From: Hydrurus foetidus
Lineage: Eukaryota
Direction: 5' to 3'
DNA: 64,000 nt
NCBI GenBank assembly: GCA_900617105.1
Contig: UYFQ01000124.1
Coordinates: 1-64,000, forward strand
The position numbers were made by a program, and so were the translations under genes. Below, one piece after another: positions 49,549 to 61,034 of this stretch. Positions within the stretch are counted from its first letter, which is position 1. Each line of letters begins with the position of its first letter. The notes under the pieces were generated by a model that was not told the DNA's origin, made no database searches, and saw nothing but the letters and a program-made list of their open reading frames with translations.

Positions 49549-52434
49549 TCATTCGTCCTCATCACTATCACTACCATCACTACCATTTTGACTACCAGTA
49601 TCATCATCGCTACCTTCACTGCCACTATCAGTGCTCTTCTTGTCCTTTGACTTTTTATCTAGCATTGCTGAAATAAGTTTTTTCTTTCCTGTATCATCAT
49701 CGCTTTCATCCTCTTTCCCTCCTTTCTTCTTTTGTTTGTCCTTCTTCTTCTTTTTATTCCTCTTCTGTGCATCACCGACATCATCCATTTTCTTCATTAC
49801 ATCATCACCATCATCCTCTTCATCCCCTGACACGTCCTTCCCAACTCGTGACGCATTCTTCACAAAACTTTTATTCCGATACGAACTGAAATTTCCTTTA
49901 TTATCCGATTTCATTTTTTTCTTTTTATCTTTTTTATTCCCTTTAGGATTATTTTCATCATCAGAATCGTCGAGGAAATTAGATTTTTCTGTTTCTTTCA
50001 AGGATCTGGCAGCTAGAGTGTGTGCGTCTATGCTGTTGTCCACGAAGTCAACCTGTGATGAAGGTTAACGAGATGTTATATGATTTGATTTGATGCGATG
50101 TGATTTCATACAATGCGATGTGAGGTGATGTAGATTGATGCTATATTATGTGATATGGTGTGGAGTAGGTAAGAATGTAGTGAGGTAGTGATGATATTTT
50201 TGAAAACCTCGAGAATCAATGTGAGCTGAATGGAACTGAAATAGATAAAATAAAATAGAAATAGAATTGCATTAACCTTGGTTGCGGTGATGCGCAGTGC
50301 TGGACCTGGAACCAAGATTCCACAGGAACACGGGGAATCTTGCGGTGAGAAACGGCCAAGCTTTATACCGCATTCCCCGCACTCTACGGCCACGCCACAA
50401 ACAGCTACATTGAACGTACATCTTGCCGTAAAATTGTCCGTTACGTTACTTCCACTTCCACTTCCACTTATACTCACTACATCACTATGATTTACATCTT
50501 TTAGTTTTTTTCCTTCCTTGCGTGATGGTCCTTTACTAGATTGAGGTTGAGTTGTATCCGGTATTTCCGCACCGCTTTTCACTGTCGCGTCTATGCCGCT
50601 GTCCCGCTGGGTTTCCCCAAAGGGATAGCTGAGGAAAATGGAGGATTTGCACAGACCCTCTTCACCCACCTGATTGACGGAAATATTGATAAGATGGAAA
50701 TGAAGTAATAAGATTAGTAACATTAATAAAAGTAAGAAAATTACAAAGTCAATGGAGTATAATAATGCGGATAAGTATGGTGAGAAGATACGCACTTGAA
50801 AGAAATCAATGATTGATGATGATGCTGATGATGCTGGTGATGGTGACGATAATAGTGATTACATAAAAGAAGACAGGATGACACTAGATCATATTGAGAT
50901 ACCATAGATAGAGTGAAATGAAAATGATGAAGTAACAATTTAGAGTTGTGGTAGCTCAATTATAGAATGCAGCATAATATCACGATTACAATTATAGACA
51001 AGAATTGTGAGGAACATTCTTCTTTCTGACCTTGAAAATTGTTCTGGTAGCATCTATCGCGTGATTCAGTACGTCAGTCTGTAAAAACAAATAAGCACGA
51101 CATTTGTGACAGCTGAAATGAAGAGACTGAGAACCACTAGATCGCACGCTAATTGTCCGACTTTCTCCCTTTTGATTGTTTTCTTCAGAATCAGAATCGG
51201 AAGCACAGTGAGTATCGTTTTTTTCTTTTTTTTTCTTGTCGTTTGCAGCGAATATTTGTAACAGAGCGGCTTTGCTTTTTTTCTTTCCCTTGCTGACATG
51301 TTCTTCAGAATTGTCTTCTACTTTGTGTGCTCTACCTTTGACATCGCGTTTTACTTGAATGCCCTCCTCTTTTTCAGAACAATCGTCGTCAAGTGTTCCG
51401 TCTTCTGTTGTGTCAGAATGACCCATACCGAATGTTCTGATTGAATTCGTACGTAGCAGAACACCGAATTCTTCCAAATTTTTTCCTAAGGATTGTGAGA
51501 GTGCTTCTACGATTGATGGCAAGTTACTCGGTTCATTGCGCAGTGTTCTCAAGTACGTGTCAGGAAGGTTCTGTGGAGTACGCCACGGACTGTCAGAACA
51601 AACCAGAAGCTGCTTAGGAGGAATACAAGAAACGCACTCTCTTGATTTAGTACGCACTTCCTCGTCAGGATCGGTGATACCCACTGCTGATACAGAACAC
51701 ATCATCCCGGCTTTCACAGCTTCATTCATCTTAATGACGTCACCTCCACATGAAGTTAAAGCATCGTGAAGAATCACTCTACGGAGATAGTCAGGAGCCT
51801 CGACAGACAATTCTGAGTTAGTCGTCCATCCTTCTGCTTTTAATATCTCAATGCATTTTAATAAACTATCCCCATCAGCTATATGCAGCACTAATGGCAG
51901 CTGCAACTTATCGCACAGTGCAAGGGAAGTTTTCAGTAATGTCTCCTGCGCAAAGTGGGTAGCCAGATCTCTGCCAAGATTGTAGCCTGATAGAATACCA
52001 ACACACTCCGGTTTGCGAGCTAGTTCTTCGACTTTCGTCATCCAGCTCTCGTGACTTCGTTTATTTGTTTTGTCAACATTATCGGGGTGAACTCCTATGA
52101 CGTTATAACACAATCCAGAATTGTCCTTACAAACATCTGCAAGAAGCTGTTGCTTCTCTATGTCAGCAAACCAGAGGACTATTGCAGCCACATTTCCGTC
52201 AGTTCGTGCTCTCTCTAAGACTCGATCCCGATCACGTTCAAATTGCCTCGACAAAAGTGCTGCACCGCAATCGATGTAAAGCTCAGCGCCTGGTGACGGT
52301 GTTGCTGCAGATTCTGCCGGCCCTGTATACACCTTCTCAGCCTTCTTTCCTCGTGCATTGACGCCACCGGGATTCTTTTTACTTTTCTTCAAAGACGCCC
52401 CTTTGACCTCTCGACCTCCAGAACGATCTCCCAT
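49549..52434 (-). CDS. TatD-like TIM-barrel protein fused to a Yvh1/DUSP12-type zinc-binding domain and a Lys/Asp-rich tail (exons 52434-51031, 50669-50277, 50052-49549)
   Basis: TatD motifs: YIDCG, GVHP, LPLVLH, ILHD, SDSPW, RNEPSNL. Zinc domain: FSCHKCRAYLF...NH...C...CGECGIKLGRF...CSCG...PALRITATKVD. Both GT-AG junctions keep the frame. Confidence 0.87.
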
Positions 52435-52767
52435 CTATGAGCTGCCTTTCGAGGCACGTTGATCCCAATAAAATCGATCGCAGCTATCGCAACTGAGAAG
52501 AAGGATCCAGATGCAATTGCTACAGTGTACTAGGATTCTTTTTGCTGCGTTCAAGTAAGTATGAGATGTGAGATGTGATGGAGTTATGCCCATGAGATCG
52601 AGATGATGTTGAAGAAGCTCCATTCTCTTATAACCGACATTCCAACATAACACTCTGTGTGGTTACTTGATAGCTGATCTTGCTTGAGATACTGAATGAA
52701 AGAAAACTAGCTCTGACACTTACATCACACAAACAGCTGTCGAGGTCTTTAAATTTGTTGATAGAAA

Positions 52768-54253
52768 ATGGCTACCCTTATCAAGAGTTTCGTTCTTTTT
52801 ACGATCAGCTTCTCATTTCTGTCCGCAGTCATACAAGATGGTGAAAATAAAGTCAATACAGGAATTAGACCTAGAAATGTAGCTCCATCTTTCAAAGCAA
52901 AGTCTGTCATTGACGACAAATTTAAGGAAATTTCTTTGACTGACTATACCTCTAGTGGACAATGGGTTGTGTTGGTAAGAGCTGCAAAGTAGCGATTGAC
53001 TACATCTGAAACAGGAGCACATCTTGTCAAGCTGCCACTGACGTTTCCTTGATCAATACTGACTTTCAACAGCTTTTCTACCCGTACGACTACACGTTTG
53101 TCTGCCCGGTAAGTAAAGCAATCAATTGTACAGCAGCATGCTGAAAACTGAATTCCTTCGCGGCACTGATATACAACATTGTGACTCTTACAACAATACA
53201 GACTGAAATTATATCTTTCAGTGAGAGAAATAACGAATTCACTGCCATTAATGCTCAAGTCCTAGCGATTTCTACTGATTCTCACCACACCCACTTGGCA
53301 TGGACGCGTTCGAAAAGAGAGGATGGAGGAGTGGGACGCCTGAATATTCCTCTGGTTGCTGATACCTCAAAACAAATTTCTGCCAATTACGGCGTTCTAG
53401 TGACAGATGAGTCTGATGATATGTTTGGCGCAGGTAAGAAGTGTTGAGTACTCTGATGTGAAGACTACACAGAGAAGAATAAACAAGCAAGAGAAGCATC
53501 GATTCTGAACAAATGCTATCTTTCGGAACAACTTACTATCATGTCAGTCCTCCGATGCAGTTAACAAATTCAGTGCGAGTTACCGCATTTCACAACTCAC
53601 ACTAGAAATCAGTGACAGCTCCCTTATCATTCAATCCGAGAATAACTTCGTCTTGCTTCTTTCTTTCTCTCTCTATTTGTACGTCAGCTTTGCGTGGACT
53701 GTTTATCATAGATCCTGAAGGAATTATACGGAGCATTCAAATAAACGATGACGCAGTCGGACGTTCTGTTGAGGAGACGTTGAGGATTCTTAGGGCTTTT
53801 CAGTGGGCTGACGGACACGTTGGTGAGATAAGATGAGATGAGATGAGATATGTTAAGCTACTTTGCGTCAAGATTGAATAGAACGTATCACTGTGTGAGA
53901 TGAGATAAAATGGAATGTGTGGAGCTGTTTACTTATAAAGTAATGTGTTTTGATTTGTTGGATAGATTATTTCGATGTGACATGATGATGCGTCAAAAAA
54001 TGATATGGTGATGTGATGTGATGCAATGCAATGCAGCGTGGTGTTGTGGCGTGATATGGTATGCTGACAGTGATCACATGATATGATATGATGGTGTGTG
54101 TGACCACTAATCGTCATTTCCACCGATTCCAACAACTGACACACAGGTGAGGCGTGTCCTGCTTCTTGGACTCCAGGCAGTGACACCATCAAAACAAACC
54201 CGTACGAGAGCAAGGAGTATTTCAAATCTCACTACGCCTCTGATTCCCTCTAA
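52768..54253 (+). CDS. Typical 2-Cys peroxiredoxin with N-terminal signal peptide (exons 52768-52974, 53073-53108, 53202-53433, 53688-53822, 54147-54253)
   Basis: Spliced protein has [14 protein letters not shown] (peroxidatic Cys), [38 protein letters not shown] (resolving Cys) and SKEYF. Confidence 0.95.
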
Positions 54254-54489
54254 GAGGCGAAAGAGAACAAAGTATGAAGAGTAGCGTCTAAAATGTAGCG
54301 TGAAAAGATTGTTAGTATTCGCGAGGGATAGTTTTTTTGATATTGTGTAAAATAGTTCTGTGCTTGGGACACACCGATATAAATCTAAAAAATAAAATTG
54401 ATTTCGTATCTTGCAAGCCAGGGGTGAATGCTATTATTTATGAGCACTGCATCATATGACAATCATAAAATCGCCGGTGACTTTTTTCT

Positions 54490-54827
54490 TCCGGCTAATT
54501 AGATGGGGTTTACCTTAACGCGAATCTGCAGAAGACACTGACCGCGTACCCCCCATTTGGGTAGTACTCAGGGCATGTGAGTTGAAGCGGAGAGAGGCCG
54601 TCATGAGTAGGGAGGGAAACCTCCATCTGCGACAGCGTATCGCTGAGTCACTCCAGCTTGCTGACTGCTTGAGTTGGATATGGGAAATCTGTTGCACTCC
54701 GTATAATCACAACAGTTTTGGCTGCACTCATGTATGGATGGAATAACATCGAGAGACCGTTACGTGAAAGGTGAGAACGCACGGCATAACCTGTCGGGTT
54801 GCGGTGAATTCCTCATAACTAGCCGGA
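54490..54827 (+). ncRNA. Unidentified structured RNA candidate (~340 nt)
   Basis: 5' and 3' ends pair over ~25 nt; about ten nested internal helices; G-U pairs and a GAAA tetraloop favour the plus strand. No known family recognised. Confidence 0.5.
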
Positions 54828-55100
54828 TTTGGCCGTAAGAAAAGAAGAGTATGGAGGTTATGTAGTTATTATCATACATATTTTGGTAAATACGCACATG
54901 GCAATACAGTGCAGCACAGTGCAATAAAATTCCTATGAAGTAGATGCCTATGTGTCATCGGATGGCAGTCATCTCTCAGCAAAATGGAAGAAACCTCCAG
55001 AACGTTTGAATCAAACTCTAGCTAAAAACCTATCCCCAACGCCGTTAGTACGATTGCCATCCTTTGAGCTGTGCCGAAAATACTACAGCATCAAATCAGA

Positions 55101-58100
55101 TCAATCGTCCCATCCGTCATCGCTGCTATCATCACTCCCTCCACTATTTCCCTTCTTCACTTGTTGATCCTGCTTCGCAGACTGCAGCATGTTGCTTACT
55201 GCGCTGCTCTGTGTTATGTCCAACAGACCCCCACCAGCAGACCCGGCCCCAGAGGGTTGCACTTGCACAGGAACTTGGACTGGAATGTGTACTTGGGCTA
55301 AGGCAGGGGTCGAACTAACGGAAGGGGTAATGGGGACGATTTCGGGGACGGGGATGGGGGTTGGGGAGGGCGCAGTGTGTAGTGTGTAGGTGGGGGGATA
55401 CGTGGGAGAGTGTGTACGTGGAGATGACGGATGTTTAGGAGGAGAGACTGTGAGTATGCGCTGTCTGGGGAGTGTCGTGTATCTTGGGGCGTCATCGAAA
55501 CTCACTTCGCTCACAGCGTAGGTGTCGTCTGATTCATCTGAACTGTCCATGTTCTCGTCCTGAATGACGAGTGAGAGAGTGCGAGTGATAGTTGTGTCTG
55601 TGAGAAACATCAACGGAGCAGAACGAGGCTAGATGTAGCAGCAGCAACGGTGACAGTCATAGCAGCAGTGGAATAAGTCAGTTTTAGTTTGATTTGTGGA
55701 TGACGAAGTATCTTGAAAATAGTAACAGATAGAATCAGATCAACACATATGAAGATTATCAAATACGAATAGTGAAGATGATCAACCAGAAAAACGAAAA
55801 AGAATTGCAATGATAGGAATTGACATCACATCTGCAAGAATACTATACGGTACTACCCCGTGTGTACTAATGACGCACCGAATGCTTCCTTCTCATGGAA
55901 GGTGTAGACTGATGTTGATGTTGGGGGTGAGAAGAGGGTCGGGACGGGACGGATGGGGCCGCTGATGCGCTGTGACAAGAAGAGGTGGTGTGCAGTTTCG
56001 TGTGATGAGAGAGATGAAAGTAGTGCAGGTTGAGATGAGTGTTTGTACATGCAACAGTGTGTGCATGAAGAACAACAAGGGTAGCGAGTTAAAGGGCATG
56101 CCAATTGAAATAAACGAAAAATCTAAATATCAGAAAGACAGATATGAAGGGCACAATACGAAAAACCTAAATTAGGAATTTCAATAAATCAAAAATGATC
56201 CAATGATTTATGACTTGAACGAAAAAATAGTGCGACATTAATATGCGGTACCTTGGATCTTGATTCCGGGACACATCCGCACTTGATTTTTGCATGAGTG
56301 AGAAATGTAATATATTGTCTTGTCTTGCTGACTTAATAATTTCCAAATCTCTTTTTTGTTTATCCTTGTCAACCTTCCCAGTTAATGCGCTGATAAAATG
56401 ATACATTATACAGATGAGAAATACCCATTCGTGATGACGTCAAAAGAGTTAACTGAACTTGACAGTCATTAGAGTCAGTCTAGAGCAGAAGTAGAGAGAC
56501 TGATAACGGTACTAAAAAATAAAAAAGCTACTTAAGATGCATCTGTCAGTGAATTGGCTGAGAATCAGATAAAGAGATAAAATGAAACAAAATTGAAATT
56601 GAGAACGAAAGAGACAATGGTGATTAAAATCACAGACGTCAGGTGTTCTTTTTTATTGCATCTCCTAGGGAATTACAAGTATTTGTAATCAGATCAGGTA
56701 GATGTAAATTGAAAATAAAAGAGATGCTGAACCCATAGGTTCCATACATACTCAGCATCTTCACCTATTTCTCCTTTTCATTCTTTCCTTCATTTCATCG
56801 AGCATCGAAACGGGACCAGCAGCAGGGACCGTGGACTTTAAGATTCTAGAATTCGAAGCACTCCTATCGAAAAATGAACAAGTGAAAGAAAATGAAATAA
56901 AGGAGCGGAAAATATAAATGAAGAAAAAAAAAGAGAGAGTGCGAACAAATGGGATTTGTGACGTACGTCAGTCAGAGTGTATTCCACCGCACAATTTGAC
57001 AGCTTTCGAGATACTAGCAAATTAATTCTTTTTAATACATTCAACATGTTCTCGATTGGTGAAAAGTAAAGATTGGTTACTGTACAATTTAATGACTACA
57101 GGAGTCTGAAGGACACAAAAATGAAGTCTTAGAGAGAAACAGAACCACCGCATGCTAACTTACCACATACCAACACAACACATGCTAACCTGCCACATAC
57201 CAACACAACACAACACACCACACAACATCGTTACTCATCATTGACACCTGAGATTTGATTTACCTGAGATTTGATTTACTCATCCCTTTGATGGCATCTA
57301 GAAAACCAAGTCTCGTACCATTATCTTTATTATCCACTGGAATAGGTACAGGAATAGAGGGGGCCGTAATAGGGGTAGTGGAAGGAGGATACACATTCAT
57401 ATCTTCCGATAAATTGCTGATAGTTCCATCGGATTTGCTGGTTTTCATCGACATTGCTGGAGGTGGAATTGTCGGATTCAGAGCAGGTCCAGAAATCGGA
57501 ACTTGAACTAAATGATGTGGAATTTGAGAAGGGGCGGAAAACGGAGCCAGGACTGGGATAGAAGATTCTGAATCACCGGGTACTTGAGAGGACTGTTGTG
57601 GGGTCACTTGAAGGGATGGGACGGGTAGTGAGGGGGGAAGGAAAGGGGGAGGGGGAGGGGGGGTAGAGGGAGGTGGGGGTGGGGGCAGACCTTGGATCGA
57701 TGCTCTACTATGAGATTCCAGAACTGGTGGATTTGGTACGACAGCCTTATTGGATCCTGGACTCAAGATTCCAGATTTCGCGTTACTATACTGTAAGTCT
57801 ACGAAGAGGAGTAGGATAGTAGAGCACGGATAGGATGAAGAAGTTGTAGAACAGTGAGGTAGTTTGCAGCTCCATGAAAATTCCGAGGTTGGTACAATCG
57901 CAAAATTAGACACAAACAATTTCCGTGAAAAAAGAAAGAAATAAGAAATCTCTCTTTGGCATATGATTGGTGATAGGAGATAGGCAGTGAATTTGTGGTT
58001 GTGACGCTACACTTACAACTCCTAACACTGCCCTTTCTCTCGCTGCATAATATTCCCTCTTCGTATATTTCTTCACTTCACTTCGCATTGTTCTTCTTCC

Positions 58101-60219
58101 TTTCACTTCACCTCATTTCACTTCACTTCACTTCACCTCACCTCACTTCACAACATTTCACCTCACAACATTTCACTTCGCATCACCTCACTTCACTTCA
58201 CAACATTTCACTTCACATCACATCACTTCACTTCACTTCACTTCACCTCACAACATTTCACCTCACAACATTTCAATTCACACCACTTCACTTCACTTTC
58301 CATTCTTTTCCTTCACTCACCTGCTACGAATGACAGCGGTAGATTAACCGGAAGAGCTAAAGCCGTTACGGCTACTTGAGACGGCTTAAACGTGAGGTCA
58401 AGTGCACATACATCTTGGTGGGTCGGACCGTGGACCAGAGATTCCGGAGCAGATGCAAGTGGTTTGGATCGGAATATGTTGTTGCTGTTGTTGTTTATTC
58501 TATAGGAGGGTATAGAATTATTATGATGGAATAAAATTATTGTAATTACACACATATTATGGAATTCATATAATATTACTATAATGAAATTTTAAGGTGC
58601 AGTTCAAGGCTCCTCATTTATTCAAGGTCCACGTTTAATCTGGACCCACCCCTATACACGACAATTAACTGACCGTACTGAAAACTGAAAACAGTACGGT
58701 ACAGGTAATTGTCGTGTATAGGGGTGGGTCCAGATTAAACGTGGACCTGGAATAGATGAGGAGCCTTGAGTTAGTAGCAGTCAATGTGAACATGCCATAA
58801 CTCAAAATACGATGCAACATAGTGGAACATCAGCTAGAACAGTTCAATCAAAAAAACTATTGAAACTCAAATGCATATGCAGTGCTGAATCACCTTTCAG
58901 AGCACGCTAAATTGTCCACAGTGTGGTACCCTTTCCGCGGATCGACACTGCTATTGAAAACAAGCAGAGAGCCAACAGATCGGATACTTGGTGGAATCCT
59001 ACCCAGACCTAGATATAGCGAATCAAGAAAATGTAAGAAGTTGTAAGAGTTCGTGAATTAAGAATATCATATACTTGTAATGACGTATTAGAAGTGGCGT
59101 TTGAGGAAGAGGTGAAAAATCTATTTTATTGTCATCACAAATTGACTGTTTGTGTCTCCACAACAGCCAGGAGAAATCGGCATTTTAGAAAGTGAAGAAA
59201 GTTGAGCCGCAAACGATATTTTGGACATGAGGTGAGGCAATCTAGACACGTCATCGAAGACTAACAAATTTCATCAGCAACTGGCTGGTTAATACATGTG
59301 TCAGAATAAAATGGTTGGCTGCAGTTACACGTTCTATCAATCATCATGGAGCAGTTCAATTTGTACTGAATCAACATAGTAAGTTAAATTTAATTGGTTT
59401 AGCAGTAGAATCGAATAAAACTGTGGAAATACGATGAAAACATGAGAATGATCTGGGATACCTTCAGCTTTCATAGTGAGTTCAACACGTTCCATCTCTG
59501 AACCATATGAATGCAGCTTGCTCACTAAAGCGTGCATCTCGGCTGCACAAGGAAGTTGAATAGCCCATGCAGTAATCGTTAGATTTGTTTGTTGTCTTTT
59601 GTGTGCTTTGTCAAACTTGACCAGTCAAAAATGAGAAAGAAGATTCTGCCAACTCTCCTAGGAAAATCAGGATAGAACTCAGAGACAGACCTGCAAGCTC
59701 AAGATTGCTCTCTGATGATCTTTTTGGATCTGCATGTTGATATTCCACACCTTCTTCAACTTCTCGACAAGTGCTTCCCATCTGAAGGTAACATAGATGC
59801 TTTCAGAATTCGTCTAGCGGTCATTGCAGAATGTTCTCCAATAGACCATCCACATTTGGTAAAGCAGATCCTAGTCATAAAAGATCGGGATGCAGAACAA
59901 TTACAATTGAAGTCTCTGTCGTGAGCAACGTGCTGGTAAACAGCGGAAATGTTTCTGTCCCTGGAAATCTTGCAGTTGAGAACACAGTTGTTGGTCTCTT
60001 AGATCCTTTCAATGCCTGGACTTTATTGTTACATTTGACAAGTCTTTCCTTTATAATTTGCAGACGATTTCTCTCAAAAGCGGACATATCCTCCAGTCGT
60101 TTGAACACATTATCCATCGTAATCTTGAGAGTGCCAAGAGAATGGATAACATCCTTCAAAATTTCGGGTTCGCTAACGTTGTTCCTCACAAGTAGTACTT
60201 CGCAGGGCTGCAGCAACAT
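55101..60219 (-). CDS. WASHC1: WASH complex subunit 1 (WAHD domain, polyproline, VCA), multi-exon
   Basis: N-terminus ...KVQALKGSKRPTTVFSTARFP; EGLGRIPPSIRSVGSLLVFNS; LASAPESL...LPVNLPL; poly-Pro; WH2-like RLGFLDAIKG; central helix SMLDEMKERMKRR; acidic end DDSSDDGWDD. Confidence 0.92.
58070..58300. repeat. Degenerate (CACTT/CACCT)n pentanucleotide array, in a WASH1 intron
   Basis: Read directly from the sequence. Confidence 0.9.
58605..58768. mobile_element. Fold-back MITE (164 bp) in a WASH1 intron
   Basis: ~76-bp near-perfect inverted arms starting CAAGGCTCCTCAT around an 11-nt spacer AAAACTGAAAA; flanked by a 4-bp direct repeat AGTT (58601-58604 and 58769-58772). Confidence 0.85.
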
Positions 60220-61034
60220 CTCGCCTCGAGTTGCTGTCGACTCATGCAGGATTAGCTGTGGATTTGTCACACCTCTTTGATGCCGATGTTCTACAAGTCT
60301 TACTGAACTCTCTGGACTCCGGAACAACTCTGCTTGCTCTTCTGTCGGCTGAATATTTGAATTGTTTAATTATCCGGTTTCTATGACCATGTAAGATCCT
60401 GGCTGGTGAGCTCTGACGTACTTGTTTTTGAGCTTCACAGCAAAGACGATCTCATGAATACGGCTTTCCGTGAGGCTTTATTTCCTCTCGAAATTGCAGC
60501 GTGACTTTAGTTGAGGTATGCACTCTTTGAAGACGCGCGTTCTCCCGGCATTTTCCTGTGTGCTTAATATCCGTTGTGCTGTTTGATACCAAGGCCCATC
60601 TAAAGCTCCGCTACATCATATGAAAAAACAAATTGCAAAGAGGAAGAGGAAGAATTTGCTCAGCATCTCGCAAATCTCTACGGGTGTGGTTTGAGTAGTG
60701 ATGGATGATGTTTACAGTAACGGCAGAGCAGCAATGCATCATGGCTTCCCACCTCCAAAACCGGCCCAGCTGTATACCGTGTAAGAAAGTTGTTATGTAG
60801 ACTGATCTACGGCAGATCGATCAGCACAGCGAAGCTGCTGAAATCAATAATCGACCAACCACTTCACAGTGATGTAAATGTTGTTGCTGTAGCTAGAAGA
60901 TTACAGTCGACTTATCTTGGGAGAGTATGATGCCAGCACGGGCGGCTCTATGAGACATAGCTCCCGCTGAATCTGTTATTTTCCAAAGTTGTCACAACAT
61001 TGAGCACGCGATTCGACGATCTTAACTTAGCTTC

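Noticed and set aside
5630..54253. ALG10, PDI and a signal-peptide peroxiredoxin as an ER protein-folding gene cluster
   Set aside because: They are spread over ~50 kb among unrelated genes; chance co-location is sufficient.
54602..54633. SECIS-like ATGA...GAAA...GA hairpin downstream of the peroxiredoxin
   Set aside because: The helix is too short for a SECIS, and both catalytic residues are Cys codons with no in-frame TGA.
54490..54827. Assignment of the structured RNA as SRP RNA, RNase P/MRP, tmRNA, group I/II intron, hammerhead or telomerase RNA
   Set aside because: The diagnostic conserved motifs of each were looked for by eye and not found in the right order; left unassigned.
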